This document shows positions 8,381-20,000 of a stretch of 20,000 nucleotides of DNA, piece by piece. The stretch covers positions 1,471,499 through 1,491,498 of the forward strand of contig CP142727.1 in assembly GCA_036630325.1 (NCBI GenBank), read 5' to 3'. A program made the position numbers and the translations under genes. The notes beneath the pieces were generated by a model. That model did no database searches. It saw only the letters and a list, made by a program, of their open reading frames with translations, and was not told where the DNA came from. Within the stretch, counting starts at the first letter, position 1, and each line of letters starts with the position of its first letter. The stretch is from Vairimorpha necatrix (lineage: Eukaryota).

Positions 8381-11300
8381 GAAAATATTAATATTGTTAT
8401 TTTGAAAATTATTTCTTGCACTATTTAGTACATTTTTTTAGAGGTTGCCAACGTATGTATCTGTATAATTAATATTTTAAGAAATTTAGATTTATTTGTC
8501 TTTTCATATGAGTACGTAAGTATATAATTTGCTGTATATAAAATAATTATGAAACGCATTATGTGCAGAATCGACATAAAAATAAAAAATTGAAGTAAAG
8601 TTAAACATATTAATTCGGCTTTGGACAAATACGTTAATTAAACGCAATATTTACTTCTTTTTGCAAGGTAAAAACATATTTTTCAAAACAAGTAAATTAG
8701 ATTCTTTCAAAAAGAAATTAAAACACAATCATTGAGTGATTTAATTACAAGAAATGTCTGACACTATATAACAATCATTTAAGACATATAATTTAGTCTA
8801 ACAATATATTTGTTGAAAGAATTAGGACATATTTATATACAAGAAATAAGATTATAAATCTATTTAAAATAATTTATGTATATGCATTATAGCATTTAAA
8901 TAAATGTTAAAAAACGAAAACTTGATAAACTAAACACAAAGGTTCATGAAAGTGTGTATTAACGATTACATCATAAGAACATTTGTCAGAGTTTACATTC
9001 AAATATTCACCAACCACGTTTCAACACACCAATAATACAACAAAAAACAAAAAATTCAATATGTTTATCCATGCAAAATAATTAACCTATAACTTACGTG
9101 GCTAAAAAATAATTACAATAAAAATAGAATTTTAATAAGAAGTTTGTATATGAAGGGCAAAGAATATTTATGAAGCAAGTACACAATCATAAAGTTATTA
9201 ATAGCGAAATATTTTTAGCCTTCTTACTTAAAAGTAGCAAAGTTTTATCTATGAAAAACAGAAAATAAAGAAAAAATAAGAACGAGCATATTGGTTGAAA
9301 GAAAAAATATCTTTTAAAATTTAAACGAACTCTACAATCTATCTAAATTTACAACATAGGCAATAACAAGATAATTTAAATTTGTTTTTTCCTTTTTTCA
9401 TTTGGTATAAGTACAACAAAAGAATGGAATTACTTACGATCAAAAATAGCACTGTTTTAGAAGGGATACAAATAATAAAAATTTATTATAACTAGATAGT
9501 AGAGGGATTATAAAGATAAACATATGATTCATACATATTGCTTTGCAAGATAAATACATAAGAATTCAAACTAAAGATATACGATCAAGATATTAATTGA
9601 AATGTAATTTTCTTTTATATTAAAATCTACGCCAAGATAAACAAAAATAAATCCCAATATTGCATATAGTATTATTTAAGTACAATTAAAACAAATAGAT
9701 TAGTTTTTTAATTATCTGAAACATATCAGACGATTTTGTAAATGAAAATTATACTGAAAAATCAACTATATAATATTTATATTTGATAAATATGTACACG
9801 TTATTAAGTATAATAATTACTAATGGTAAAAAACGAAAACAAATATTATATAAAAATTTTAAACGAATTTTGATTAACCTCGTATATTACATTTTTTGAT
9901 TTATAGAATTCTAAAGAAGTTTCAGTTATGAAACATTGTAGACTTTTGGAATCGAAGTTGGTAAAAAACAAATGTCACAAATATTAATTTGTTGTTTACA
10001 ATCATATTGACCACACAAAATTTGAAATTATGACCAAAAAATTCTAAAAAGTAAAATCATCAATACTAGTATTATAATTATAAAAATATATTATTTTATT
10101 ATTAATTTCAAATAAATAAGAACAAATCAATTCAAAATTCTCTCGGTTAAATATTTGATAATCGCTCTTTTGTTATATATAATACTTTATAAATCCGTTA
10201 AGTATAATATTTTTATATAATAATTAGATAAAAATTTAGGTATGAAGATCGAAATATTATAAAAAGAGTTTTTTGACGAAAGAAAAAAAAATTTAAAATT
10301 CAATCAACAATTATCGTAAAATTATATAATCATTAGAAAATCATTTATTTAATTATAATTAGAAGAATTGATGAAAATTATTTAAATTAACAATATAAAA
10401 TAAAACCTATTCATTGTAAAATCGTTCAGCAACAGTAAAAAGAATTTTACTTAGAAACGACATTTATGTAATTGATTTTAAAAATCCTAGGGAACCCCTA
10501 CTTAAATATATTTTCCATATTATAATATAATAAGAAATAATAAGTTTATTTTCAATTATGAATAATTAAATAAAAACAATAGCTCATACAATTTAATATA
10601 AGGTTGACGTAAAATGGGTTCGAGATTTTGAAAAAGGCGTCGCATATCTCAAAAAAATAAAACAAAAATAATGAGGGGAGTAGAATAGAAATGCATATAA
10701 ATCCAATACATTTAATACAAAAAAAAAATTAATTATGAAATGCTATATTTATTAAAAAATCTTTTATGCCATAGTTACACGCTAACGGAATATAATTTTC
10801 AATATTTATATATTTAAGCAGAAAATAATTTAAAGTAAGATAAAGAGTAATAACATAATATAAAATGATTAACACTTGCTTAATTTAAATTAAAAAACTT
10901 ATAAAAACACGTTAATTTAGAATAAGTATTTCTTAACTATAATACTATATAATATTTCACCTGGACGTTTTCAAGATTATTTACAAAAAAATAAAAAAAT
11001 TCGAAAAGTTTGAATTGCATATATTAAATATTAACAATATGATAATACTTCGGGAAAACAAATAAGAATCTTAGAAAAAACACCTAAATAATATTTATAT
11101 ATCGTTAGTTTGAGAAATTTACAAGTATTCTTAAGAAATTAAATTTTTAGAATATATAAGAATTCATTTACACATATTTAAATAAAAACAAAAAATTTAT
11201 ATTATTTAGCATAAAAATGAAATATTATTAGTTAAAAGAAAAACTTAAAAATTCCTCTTATAAAATAAAAAATTTTGTTCTTTGTCTTATAATTATCAGA

Positions 11301-14246
11301 TATTTAAATTTTTTGAATCAAAAATTTTATATAACTGTTATAGTCAATATTTTTGAAGAAAAATTGAAATTTAATTTTGATATTATATATTGTATAGTTC
11401 AATAAAATGCGTTAGATTAATTCTAAGTATGAAAAGGTCAAGAAAAGTTATACTTCAATATAAATTTTTAATACACAAAGATTGACCTACAAGTAAAATA
11501 AAATAATGCCAATAAAAATCTTTGAAAAAACTAATATATTTCGAAATGCAATTTCAATAATGATATTTGAGGTTAATATTACAAAAATAATTAAAAAAAA
11601 ATATATTTAAAGTAGTAGGATAACTTTTTTTAAAAAAAAACGTATTGGACTAAAACTCGTTTTGAAAATTAATGTTAATATCTAGAATAGTTATAAAAAA
11701 TATTCAAACTAAACGTTAAAAAAAATTCTAGATAAGTGAAAAGAAGAAAATTTTTATACAATTAAATTTTTACGACTTTTGAAGCGCGAAGTCTCAACCA
11801 CTATAACGAAAATAATATTTTTTGATCATTAAATATAATTTTATATTTTCAAATTTCGCTCATAATAATACACATACGACTGATTAGTATAAGTAATAGT
11901 TTTAGAACATATAACGACTTTATCTTTTTTTAAAAATAATGTATCAATCGAAAATTTAAAATGCAATATATTACACCTAGATATTAAACATGATGATATA
12001 TACAACCTACACGAGAAACATATGATTCAATAACGAAAAATTTATAAAAATACTAAAAATAATCTATTAAAAATTTTTATATATTTGTATTTCAAAAGAA
12101 ACCATATCACGGAGGGTTTTAGAAAATTGTAGATTAAAAATATTAAATTACAATCATTATTTCATAAAGTTTTAAAAATGATTTAAATTATTCTTATGGT
12201 AAAACATTAAATACTATTTATCGCAAGGAAGCATTAAAAAGTTCTTTATATCTAAAAACTCATTTTTTTATGCTTAACTTAAGTTTTTAAAATTATTATA
12301 AAAATGTAGCTTATATAAACCAAATAATATCAAGAAAATTCATAAATAAAAATTTAAAGTCTCAAAGAAACATAAAGACATACGACGAAAATAAAATATA
12401 AACATATATAGAGGAACACAACAAACGACATTTCATTCTGTTATCATTTATTACAACAGTATTTTGAAATTTTTGGTTATAGACTGTAAAAAAATTATAA
12501 AATATCAAAACAAAAAATTATTTCAATGAAAATAATGATAAATAATTAAGAAATAAATCTAATAATGGTCAGAAAACATATTAAATACATTTCAAATGAT
12601 AAGATAATCAACATTTATACAAATTGTAAATTTATACACAAAAGTAGGCTGGAAATAAATTTCGTATTTCTTCATTTGAATTTTTCTAGTAAACATCATA
12701 TATTCCACGTATTTATTATTAATACTATAATTATGATAAAATTAAAACAAAACAAATACAGAATTGGTAAATTTATTAACAAATATTTTACACTAACCGA
12801 AGAATTAAAAAAATATAAATCAATAAGAGCTTGAAGGGTTAATAAAAAGTATAAACAAACCCCAATGCAACTAATTAATAGATATTTATATAAATTTAAG
12901 AAAAATTTAATGTAAGAACATATAAATTAAAAAACAAATCTTATCTTTAAAAATGACAGAAAATATTTTAATGCATTACCCCGATTACATTATAAATATA
13001 GATGCAGTAGACGAATTCTAATAATTATAAAATTTAATTTAATTTAAATATTAATTGATTAAAAAAATATAATAATATATTGATAAATTAAATTCCAAAT
13101 ATGAAAACAAAAAAATCTTTATGAATTTTTTTGGAATAAACATTTTGATTTTTAAAGAATGAAATCAATCTAATGATTTAATAAAAAAATTAAAATTTTT
13201 TAATAATACATGAATACTTTTATTCATAAAAAATAACATTTTAACATAACACATTATGTAAAACATTTTTATAGATAATAATAGGTTACTTTTAAACTAT
13301 TCGCAATTTTTTACGCAAAAATTTAACAATTTTAACTGGTTATAAAATATATCAAACTAGTTCTCTTCATAATTGAAATTATATGAAGATCAAGCATGAA
13401 GTAAATCTTACGGTTATAAAAGAAAATTTATAAGTACAAACAAAACATATCCTGGGCATTATGATCACATATCAAATATATTTTTTATAGGATGTATTTT
13501 TCAATTATCCAATAACTTCACTCCCTCTTTTTTTTAAAATATTATATTTTCTACCATAAAAAAATTAATCCCAAAGAGAACATAAATAATAAACACAATA
13601 ACATTTGTAATATTAAAAGACTTTTTGGACAGTTCAAATACATAGATAAATAGAATTGTACATTAGAAGAAGCCTCATCCTATGCAGCAGCCAAGTAGAT
13701 ATAAATATTCATAAAAAATTCAAAAGAACAAATTTTTGCGAAAATATTTTATTTTATAAAAATTAATTAAATCATATTAATCTGATAAATCTTAAGTACT
13801 TCTATTGATCTATTTTAATATAACATAATTTTATACTGAAATATACAAATGTAATTAGTTATAAGTATTGTATTTTCAAACAAACACTGGAATCTTTCCT
13901 TAATGTTAACAAATTGTTACGTCCTTTTACTTTCTATCAATAATGATCAAATTTTTTTATTCAAAGTGATTATCATAAGCTTTCCTAAAGAGTATAAGCT
14001 TTTGTGTCTGTATATATGCGTTAATACAGCATTCGAGATTTAAGTTATTTGTATAATTCCCTAAAATATTTTTTTTTAGTATAATACGAATATTTCCAGT
14101 AAGAAATATGTTAAAACACAAAAATGACTTTTTTTTACAATGAAATATATTACAAATTAAAGAAGTAATTTCATACTTTTACAATATATTATTACATAAA
14201 TTTATTCGCAAAATTACACCAAAAATACTTTGTGTTTTAATTATAA

Positions 14247-14284
14247 TGTTAAAGTTGAACCTTTTATTAAATAAATGTATAACA
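14247..14284 (+). repeat. 5' LTR (38 bp)
   Basis: TGTTAAAGTTGAACCTTTTATTAAATAAATGTATAACA. Confidence 0.88.
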
Positions 14285-14810
14285 TGGCAAACACAAAAGA
14301 CGAAAGGGTAACAAGTGAGACCTGTGTTTAAGAGAAGATAAAATTACTAAAAGAAACTCAGAGAGTAGAAGCAATCATCAGAATGCAGAAAGAAAAAGAT
14401 GAGACAACGAAGCAGTCGATAAAACAAGTAAATTCTGAGCTTCAGGATTTTATTATTGATAAAAATTTAATCATTATGATTAATTGGAATAATATTATTG
14501 ATGAAATTGATAAATTAGTTATTGAAGAGGAAGAGAATAAGAACAAGGAAAAAATAAGGAGTAGAGAACTAGAAGATATGGTAGAGGGTATGAAGGAAAA
14601 ATTAAAAAGAAGATGAAAGGATAACTGACTAGGACTGTAGCAGTGTCAGGAAGATACTTTCAATATCAAAGACGAGAAGAAAAACATTGGTTTATATGTG
14701 GGAGAATTATACATATAGCTAGAGGTTGTATGGAGCGTAAAGGAAGACAGGAAGAGAATAATGAAAATAAAAGTGTTAAATATTTTGGCATTTGTGGAAA
14801 AGTAAAATGA
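14284..14810 (+). pseudogene. Short gag-like remnant with degenerate zinc knuckle(s)
   Basis: The ATG overlaps the LTR end, followed by a charged coiled-coil-like ORF at 14383-14616. 14688-14729 reads WFICGRIIHIARGC, a decayed Cx2Cx4Hx4C. A second GICGK follows. Confidence 0.6.
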
Positions 14811-15043
14811 AAATATTAAAAATGAAATGATTTTAAATTGAGACTACCAGTGGAGGTAAAAAGAGAGAACTCAAGAAACAGTTTTTATGTAAAAAATACA
14901 AACCAAGATAAAAGAAGAAAAAATATTAATAAATATGAAGAATTAGAAGGAAAATTTTCGAGGTATTGTGAAAAGACAGAGGGAAAAGAAAATACTTAAC
15001 AGGGATAAAATGTTCTTTTAAAACAAAACAATGAGTAAAAGTA

Positions 15044-17330
15044 GTGCAAAAGAAACAAAATATTCCTTATAAACTCCGAGAAAAGGCAGAAAAGTATATT
15101 AATTTATTAGAAAGTAGAGGTATTATCAGAAAGACAAAGAGCAAATGGAAAAGCCTAATAAAGCCCATAGAAAAACCAAATGGTAAAGTACAATTGAGAA
15201 GCAATTTGATGGCTTATAATGAACTGGAATAAAAAGATCCGTATGATTTGCCATTGATTAGAGACATATTAAAGCAACGCAAGGTTCTAAAGTATTTATG
15301 GTTATAGACCTAAAGGAAAGATTCTATCATATAGAAATTGAGAGAGCTTACAAACATAAGACAGCTTTTAAGATAAATGGTAGAGTTTACGAATGGAATG
15401 GCATGGTAAAGGGATTAAAAAATGCTCCCCATATTATGCAAAGAGTGATGAACGGAGTTTTAGATAAGTTTAGAGGCAAGAGTGTTGAGGTGTACATGGA
15501 TTTTATTATTTATGCATGAGATAGTAATATACAAGAAAATTTTTTAAAACAAGTAATTCGAAAATTTAATGAATGTGGATTAAAAGTAAACTCAAGAAAG
15601 ATACAATATAAATTAGGAGAAGAAAAACTACTTGGAGTAACAATTAACTGAGAAGACATTAAACCGAAAAAATATATAGGAGTAGACATTAGAATACAGA
15701 AAGCCTAACAACATAAAAGATCTTAGAAGAGTTGAGGAGCGGGCAGGCCGGTTAAGAGATTTTATTCATCATTATGCTTATCGGTCAGCGCTTCTTACAA
15801 GAGCACTAAAAAAAGATAGTAAATGAAAATGGTCCCAAGATATGGAAAGAGCTTTTATGGATATCAAAGAGGATTTAAAGGATGTGAAAAAATTAAAAAT
15901 AGAAGATAGATAAAAAAATATTTAGAGTAAGAACGTGTGCATGCGATAAGGGAATTGGAGTTATACTTCTGCAAGAAGACAAGGAAGATAGGTAGATTCT
16001 GATACAATGGGCATCAAAAATGCTAACACCAACAGCTAAAAAGTATACGATTAGTGAAAAAGAGATGTTGGCAGTGTTATTTGAAATAAAGAAATTCGAG
16101 TCAGATTTGGGGGAAGAAAATTTCAATAAATGACAAATCATAAAGGAATGGCCGAGATTAGAAACAAACCGTTTTTTAATAATTACATAATTAAGAGATG
16201 GATAGAATATATACAAGAGTTCGATTTTACTATTGAATATGTAAAAACAGAATTGATGATGTATGTGGATGCTCTTAGTAGACAATTTAAAAATAACGAA
16301 GTAATTGAAAAGGCGAAAGAGATAAACGCACCAAAAACAAATTAAATGGAAAGAAAAAAAGCGCATGGTTAAAAGAGAAGGCAAAAACTATTGGAAGTTC
16401 TCAACAATAGAAATTATTAAATACAACACAAAAAAATAAATGAGAACAGAAATTCGCAGAGTTCATGAGGAATTAAATCATCGTGAAGTGAAAAAGACCT
16501 TATTATAAGGAAAAACAAAGATTGTACTGACCAGCTATTTGACCAGATATCCACAACGCTAAAAAATTGTGGAATATAGTGCATTAATAACAGAAAAACG
16601 ACTGGAGGTTGCAATTTTGTAACTATATTTAAGAAATTAGAAAAAGTAGCTTTACACGTAATTGTTATCGAGGAAAACAAAAAATACCTGCTATTAGGGA
16701 TTGACTACTTAGAAGAAAAGTATAGGGCGCAAAAATGGAAAATAGAGGAAGTGATGTTAATACGAAAATTTTAGGATATTTGATAAATGAAGATGGATGC
16801 CCAGATGAATATTTCGGATAACGGTAAGAAATTTCTCAGTGAGAAGTTTGTAACTTGGTGTAAAGAAAACGGAATTATGCAATGGAAAGTAGGTTTAGAA
16901 GCTCATAAGAGCAATGGAAAATTGAACGATGTATTTGAACAATAAGGGAATCATTGATTAAATAAAAAGAAGGAAACCCAGAGTAAAAACTAGAACAAGC
17001 TAAGAACCTATTATAACATTTTACACACAGCGATAAAATGTACACCAATGGAAGCATGTAAAGAACAAGGAAAAGAAGTCTTTATTGAAAACGTTAAAAA
17101 GGGTGTGTATGCAAGTAATTTTAAACAAAGGAAAGAGATAAAATTTGAAGTAGATCAGGCTGTGAGAATCGCAAGATAAAAAACTTGGGTAAACAGATGA
17201 AATGTATGAAAGGAAGTTTTACAAGTGTTGGTAAAATGATGGGAAAGTGTGAGAATGATTTTTATATTGTAAGGACTGATAGCTGAAAATACCTTAAGAA
17301 ACGACATTATGACCTAAAAGATTATAAAAA
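15044..17330 (+). pseudogene. pol pseudogene: reverse transcriptase, RNase H and integrase, with many stops and frameshifts
   Basis: RT: GIIRKTKSKW, KPNGKVQL, VIDLKERFYHI, KHKTAF, GLKNAPHIMQR, VYMD. RNase H: GIGVILLQ, WASKMLT..KKYTISEKEMLAV, RWIEYIQEFDFTIEY, VDALSR. Integrase: VHEELNHR, LLGIDY, SDNGKKF, SNGKIER, HTAIKCTPMEA. Confidence 0.92.
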
Positions 17331-17368
17331 TGATAAATTAGAAGCTTGTAACGTAGAACTACCCGTTT

Positions 17369-17377
17369 GGAGGGGGA
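17369..17377 (+). other. Polypurine tract
   Basis: GGAGGGGGA directly abuts the TG of the 3' LTR. Confidence 0.85.
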
Positions 17378-17416
17378 TGTTAGGGTTGAACTTTCCTATT
17401 AAATAAATGTATAACA
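17378..17416 (+). repeat. 3' LTR (39 bp)
   Basis: TGTTAGGGTTGAACTTTCCTATTAAATAAATGTATAACA; contains AATAAA. Confidence 0.88.
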
Positions 17417-17578
17417 TATAATCATTAATCTGAAAAAAAAATACTTGAATTAATAGATATTTAGTTAAAATTTATCTAAAAATTTTCATTTTTTATTTAT
17501 TTTAGTTACATATTGATGTAACTGAATTTTTTTTTTAAAAAAAAGATTCAGGAAGGTTTGAGGGCTAAAAGCTGACGT

Positions 17579-20000
17579 GTTAGGTAGGTTAGGTAGGTTA
17601 GGTAGGTAGGTGGGTGGGGGGTGTGGTGGTTAGGGTAGGTAGGTGGTTAGGTAGGTAGGGTGGGGTAGGTAGGTTAGGTAGGTAGGTTAGGTAGGTGGTT
17701 AGGTAGGTAGGGTGGGGTAGGTAGGTTAGGTAGGTAGGTTAGGTAGGTAGGTTAGGTAGGTAGGTTAGGTAGGTTAGGTTAGGTAGGTTAGGTAGGTAGG
17801 TAGGTAGGTTAGGTAGGTAGGTGGTTAGGTTAGGTAGGTGGTTAGGTAGGTTAGGTAGGGTAGGTTAGGTTAGGTTAGGTTAGGTAGGTTAGGTAGGTAG
17901 GTTAGGTTAGGTTAGGTTAGGTAGGTTAGGTTAGGTTAGGTAGGGTAGGTAGGGTTAGGTAGGGTTAGGTAGGTAGGGTAGGTAGGTTAGGTAGGGTAGG
18001 TAGGTAGGTTAGGTAGGGTAGGGTAGGTAGGTTAGGTTAGGTTAGGTAGGTAGGTTAGGTAGGGTGGTAGGTAGGGTAGGGTAGGTGGGTAGGTTAGGTA
18101 GGGTTAGGTAGGGTTAGGTGGTGGTTAGGTAGGGTAGGTAGGTAGGTGGTGGTGGTTTAGGTTAGGTTAGGTAGGGTAGGTAGGTAGGGTAGGGTGGGGT
18201 AGGTAGGTAGGTAGGGTAGGTAGGTTAGGTGGTTAGGTAGGGTAGGTAGGGTAGGTAGGGTAGGTAGTAGGTTAGTAGGTTAGGTTAGGTTAGGTAGTAG
18301 GTTAGGTTAGGTAGGTAGGTTAGGTAGGTAGGTAGGTTAGGTAGGTTAGTTAGTAGGTTAGGTAGGTTTAGGTTTAGGTAGGTTAGGTTAGGTTAGGTTA
18401 GGTAGTAGGTTAGGTAGGTATGGTAGGTAGGTAGGTTAGGTAGGTTAGAGGTTAGGTTTAGGTAGGTAGGTTAGGTAGGTAGGTTAGGTAGGTTAGGTAG
18501 GTAGGTTAGGTTAGGTTAGGTTAGGTAGGTGTTTAGGTTAGGTAGGTAGTTAGGTAGGTTAGGTAGGTTAGGTTAGGTAGGTAGGTAGGTAGGGTAGGTT
18601 AGTAGGTTTAGGTTAGTAGGTTAGGTAGGTTAGGTAGGTAGGTTAGGTAGGTAGGTAGGTAGGTTAGGTAGGTAGGTTAGGTAGGTTTAGGTAGGTTAGT
18701 AGGTTAGGTTAGGTTAGGTAGGTAGGTTAGGTAGGTTAGGTAGGTAGGTTAGGTAGGTAGGTAGGTTAGGGTTTAGGTTAGGTAGGTTAGGTAGGTTAGG
18801 TAGGTGGTTAGGTTAGGTAGGTTAGGTAGGTTAGGTTAGGTTAGGTAGGTTAGGTAGGTTAGGTAGGTTAGGTAGGTTAGGTTAGGTAGGTTAGGTTAGG
18901 TAGGTTAGGTAGGTAGGTAGGTAGGTTAGGTAGGTTAGGTAGGTTAGGTTAGGTAGGTAGGTAGGTAGGTTAGGTTAGGTTAGGTAGGTTAGGTAGGTAG
19001 GTAGGTTAGGTAGGTTAGGTAGGTTAGGTTAGGTAGTAGGTTAGGTTAGGTTAGGTAGGTTAGGTAGGTTAGGTTAGGTAGGTAGGTTAGGTAGGTTAGG
19101 TAGGTTAGGTAGGTTAGGTAGGTTAGGTAGGTTAGGTAGGTAGGTAGGTAGGTTAGGTAGGTTAGGTTAGGTAGGTTAGGTAGGTAGTAGGTTAGGTTAG
19201 GTAGGTTAGGTAGGTAGGTTAGGTAGGTTAGGTAGGTAGGTAGGTTAGGTAGGTAGGTTAGGTAGGTTAGGTAGGTAGGTTAGGTAGGTAGGTTAGGTAG
19301 GTAGGTAGGTTAGGTAGGTAGGTTAGGTAGGTTAGGTAGGTTAGGTAGGTTAGGTAGGTTAGGTTAGGTTAGGTAGGTAGGTTAGGTAGGTTAGGTAGGT
19401 AGGTAGGTAGGTTAGGTTAGGTAGGTTAGGTAGGTTAGGTAGGTTAGGTAGGTTAGGTAGGTTAGGTAGGTAGGTAGGTTAGGTTAGGTAGGTTAGGTTA
19501 GGTAGGTTAGGTAGGTTAGGTAGGTTAGGTAGGTAGGTTAGGTTAGGTTAGGTAGGTTAGGTAGGTTAGGTAGGTAGGTAGGTTAGGTAGGTTAGGTTAG
19601 GTAGGTTAGGTAGGTTAGGTAGGTAGGTAGGTTAGGTAGGTAGGTTAGGTAGGTTAGGTAGGTAGGTAGGTAGGTTAGGTAGGTTAGGTTAGGTAGGTTA
19701 GGTAGGTTAGGTAGGTTAGGTAGGTTAGGTTAGGTAGGTTAGGTAGGTTAGGTTAGGTAGGTTAGGTAGGTAGGTTAGGTAGGTTAGGTAGGTTAGGTAG
19801 GTTAGGTTAGGTAGGTAGGTTAGGTAGGTTAGGTTAGGTTAGGTAGGTTAGGTAGGTAGGTTAGGTAGGTAGGTAGGTAGGTAGGTAGGTAGGTAGGTTA
19901 GGTAGGTAGGTAGGTTAGGTAGGTAGGTAGGTTAGGTAGGTAGGTAGGTAGGTAGGTAGGTTAGGTAGGTTAGGTAGGTTAGGTAGGTTAGGTAGGTTAG
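17579..20000 (+). repeat. Telomeric array, T(1-2)AGG: irregular mix of TTAGG and TAGG
   Basis: A G-rich, C-free strand runs 5'->3' to the window end. Variant units (TAGGG, TGG, TAG, TTTAGG) are concentrated proximally and the distal part is almost purely TTAGG/TAGG. Confidence 0.95.

Larger units (their letters stand above)
14247..17416 (+). mobile_element. Decayed Ty3/gypsy LTR retrotransposon, 3170 bp, with ultra-short (38/39 bp) LTRs
   Basis: Direct repeats 14247-14284 and 17378-17416, both TGTTA...TAACA, with the last 20 nt identical. TSD TATAA (14242-14246 and 17417-17421). PPT GGAGGGGGA at 17369-17377. TGG follows the 5' LTR. Domain order is gag-RT-RNaseH-integrase. Confidence 0.93.

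Noticed and set aside
10600-10652. GGGTTCGAGA resembling a tRNA T-loop/B-box
   Set aside because: No T-stem, acceptor stem or cloverleaf can be formed.
8425-12834. ORFs 8425-8628 (-) and 12565-12834 (+)
   Set aside because: Short, with AT-driven I/K/N/F composition and no recognisable motif.
14229-14297. TTTGTGTTT upstream of the 5' LTR is complementary to AAACACAAA at the PBS position (self-priming?)
   Set aside because: The upstream partner lies outside the TSD and so is not part of the element; a 9-bp AT-rich match is plausible by chance.
15893-17057. Minus-strand ORFs 15893-16384, 16417-16680 and 16875-17057
   Set aside because: Antisense to the gypsy RNase H and integrase remnants.
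1-20000. CRISPR array, rRNA or tRNA genes, or an alternative genetic code explaining the stops
   Set aside because: No spaced repeats or RNA gene signatures were seen. Stops of all three types occur together with frameshifts, which fits decay rather than recoding.

Overview
This is a very AT-rich eukaryotic chromosome end with no intact host gene. The last ~2.4 kb (17579-20000) is a telomere of irregularly mixed TTAGG and TAGG units. The subtelomere is a graveyard of mobile elements. (1) A complete Merlin (IS1595/IS1016-like DDE) DNA transposon at 3038-4183, with 54-bp TIRs, an 8-bp TSD and a transposase broken by a single missing base. (2) Two tandem 3' pieces of restriction-like-endonuclease (R2/R4-type) non-LTR retrotransposons at ~4593-5866; the second carries a compact H-type pseudoknot and an (AAT)5 tail. 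(3) A gag-only LTR element at 5971-7943, with 286-bp LTRs, a GAATT TSD and no tRNA primer site. (4) A decayed Ty3/gypsy element at 14247-17416 whose LTRs are only 38-39 bp yet have TG..CA ends, a PPT and a TATAA TSD. An unexplained hairpin-rich island lies at ~8003-8380. C-runs just upstream of ATGs, the element set and the TTAGG-type telomere suggest a large-genome microsporidian; this is inference only.
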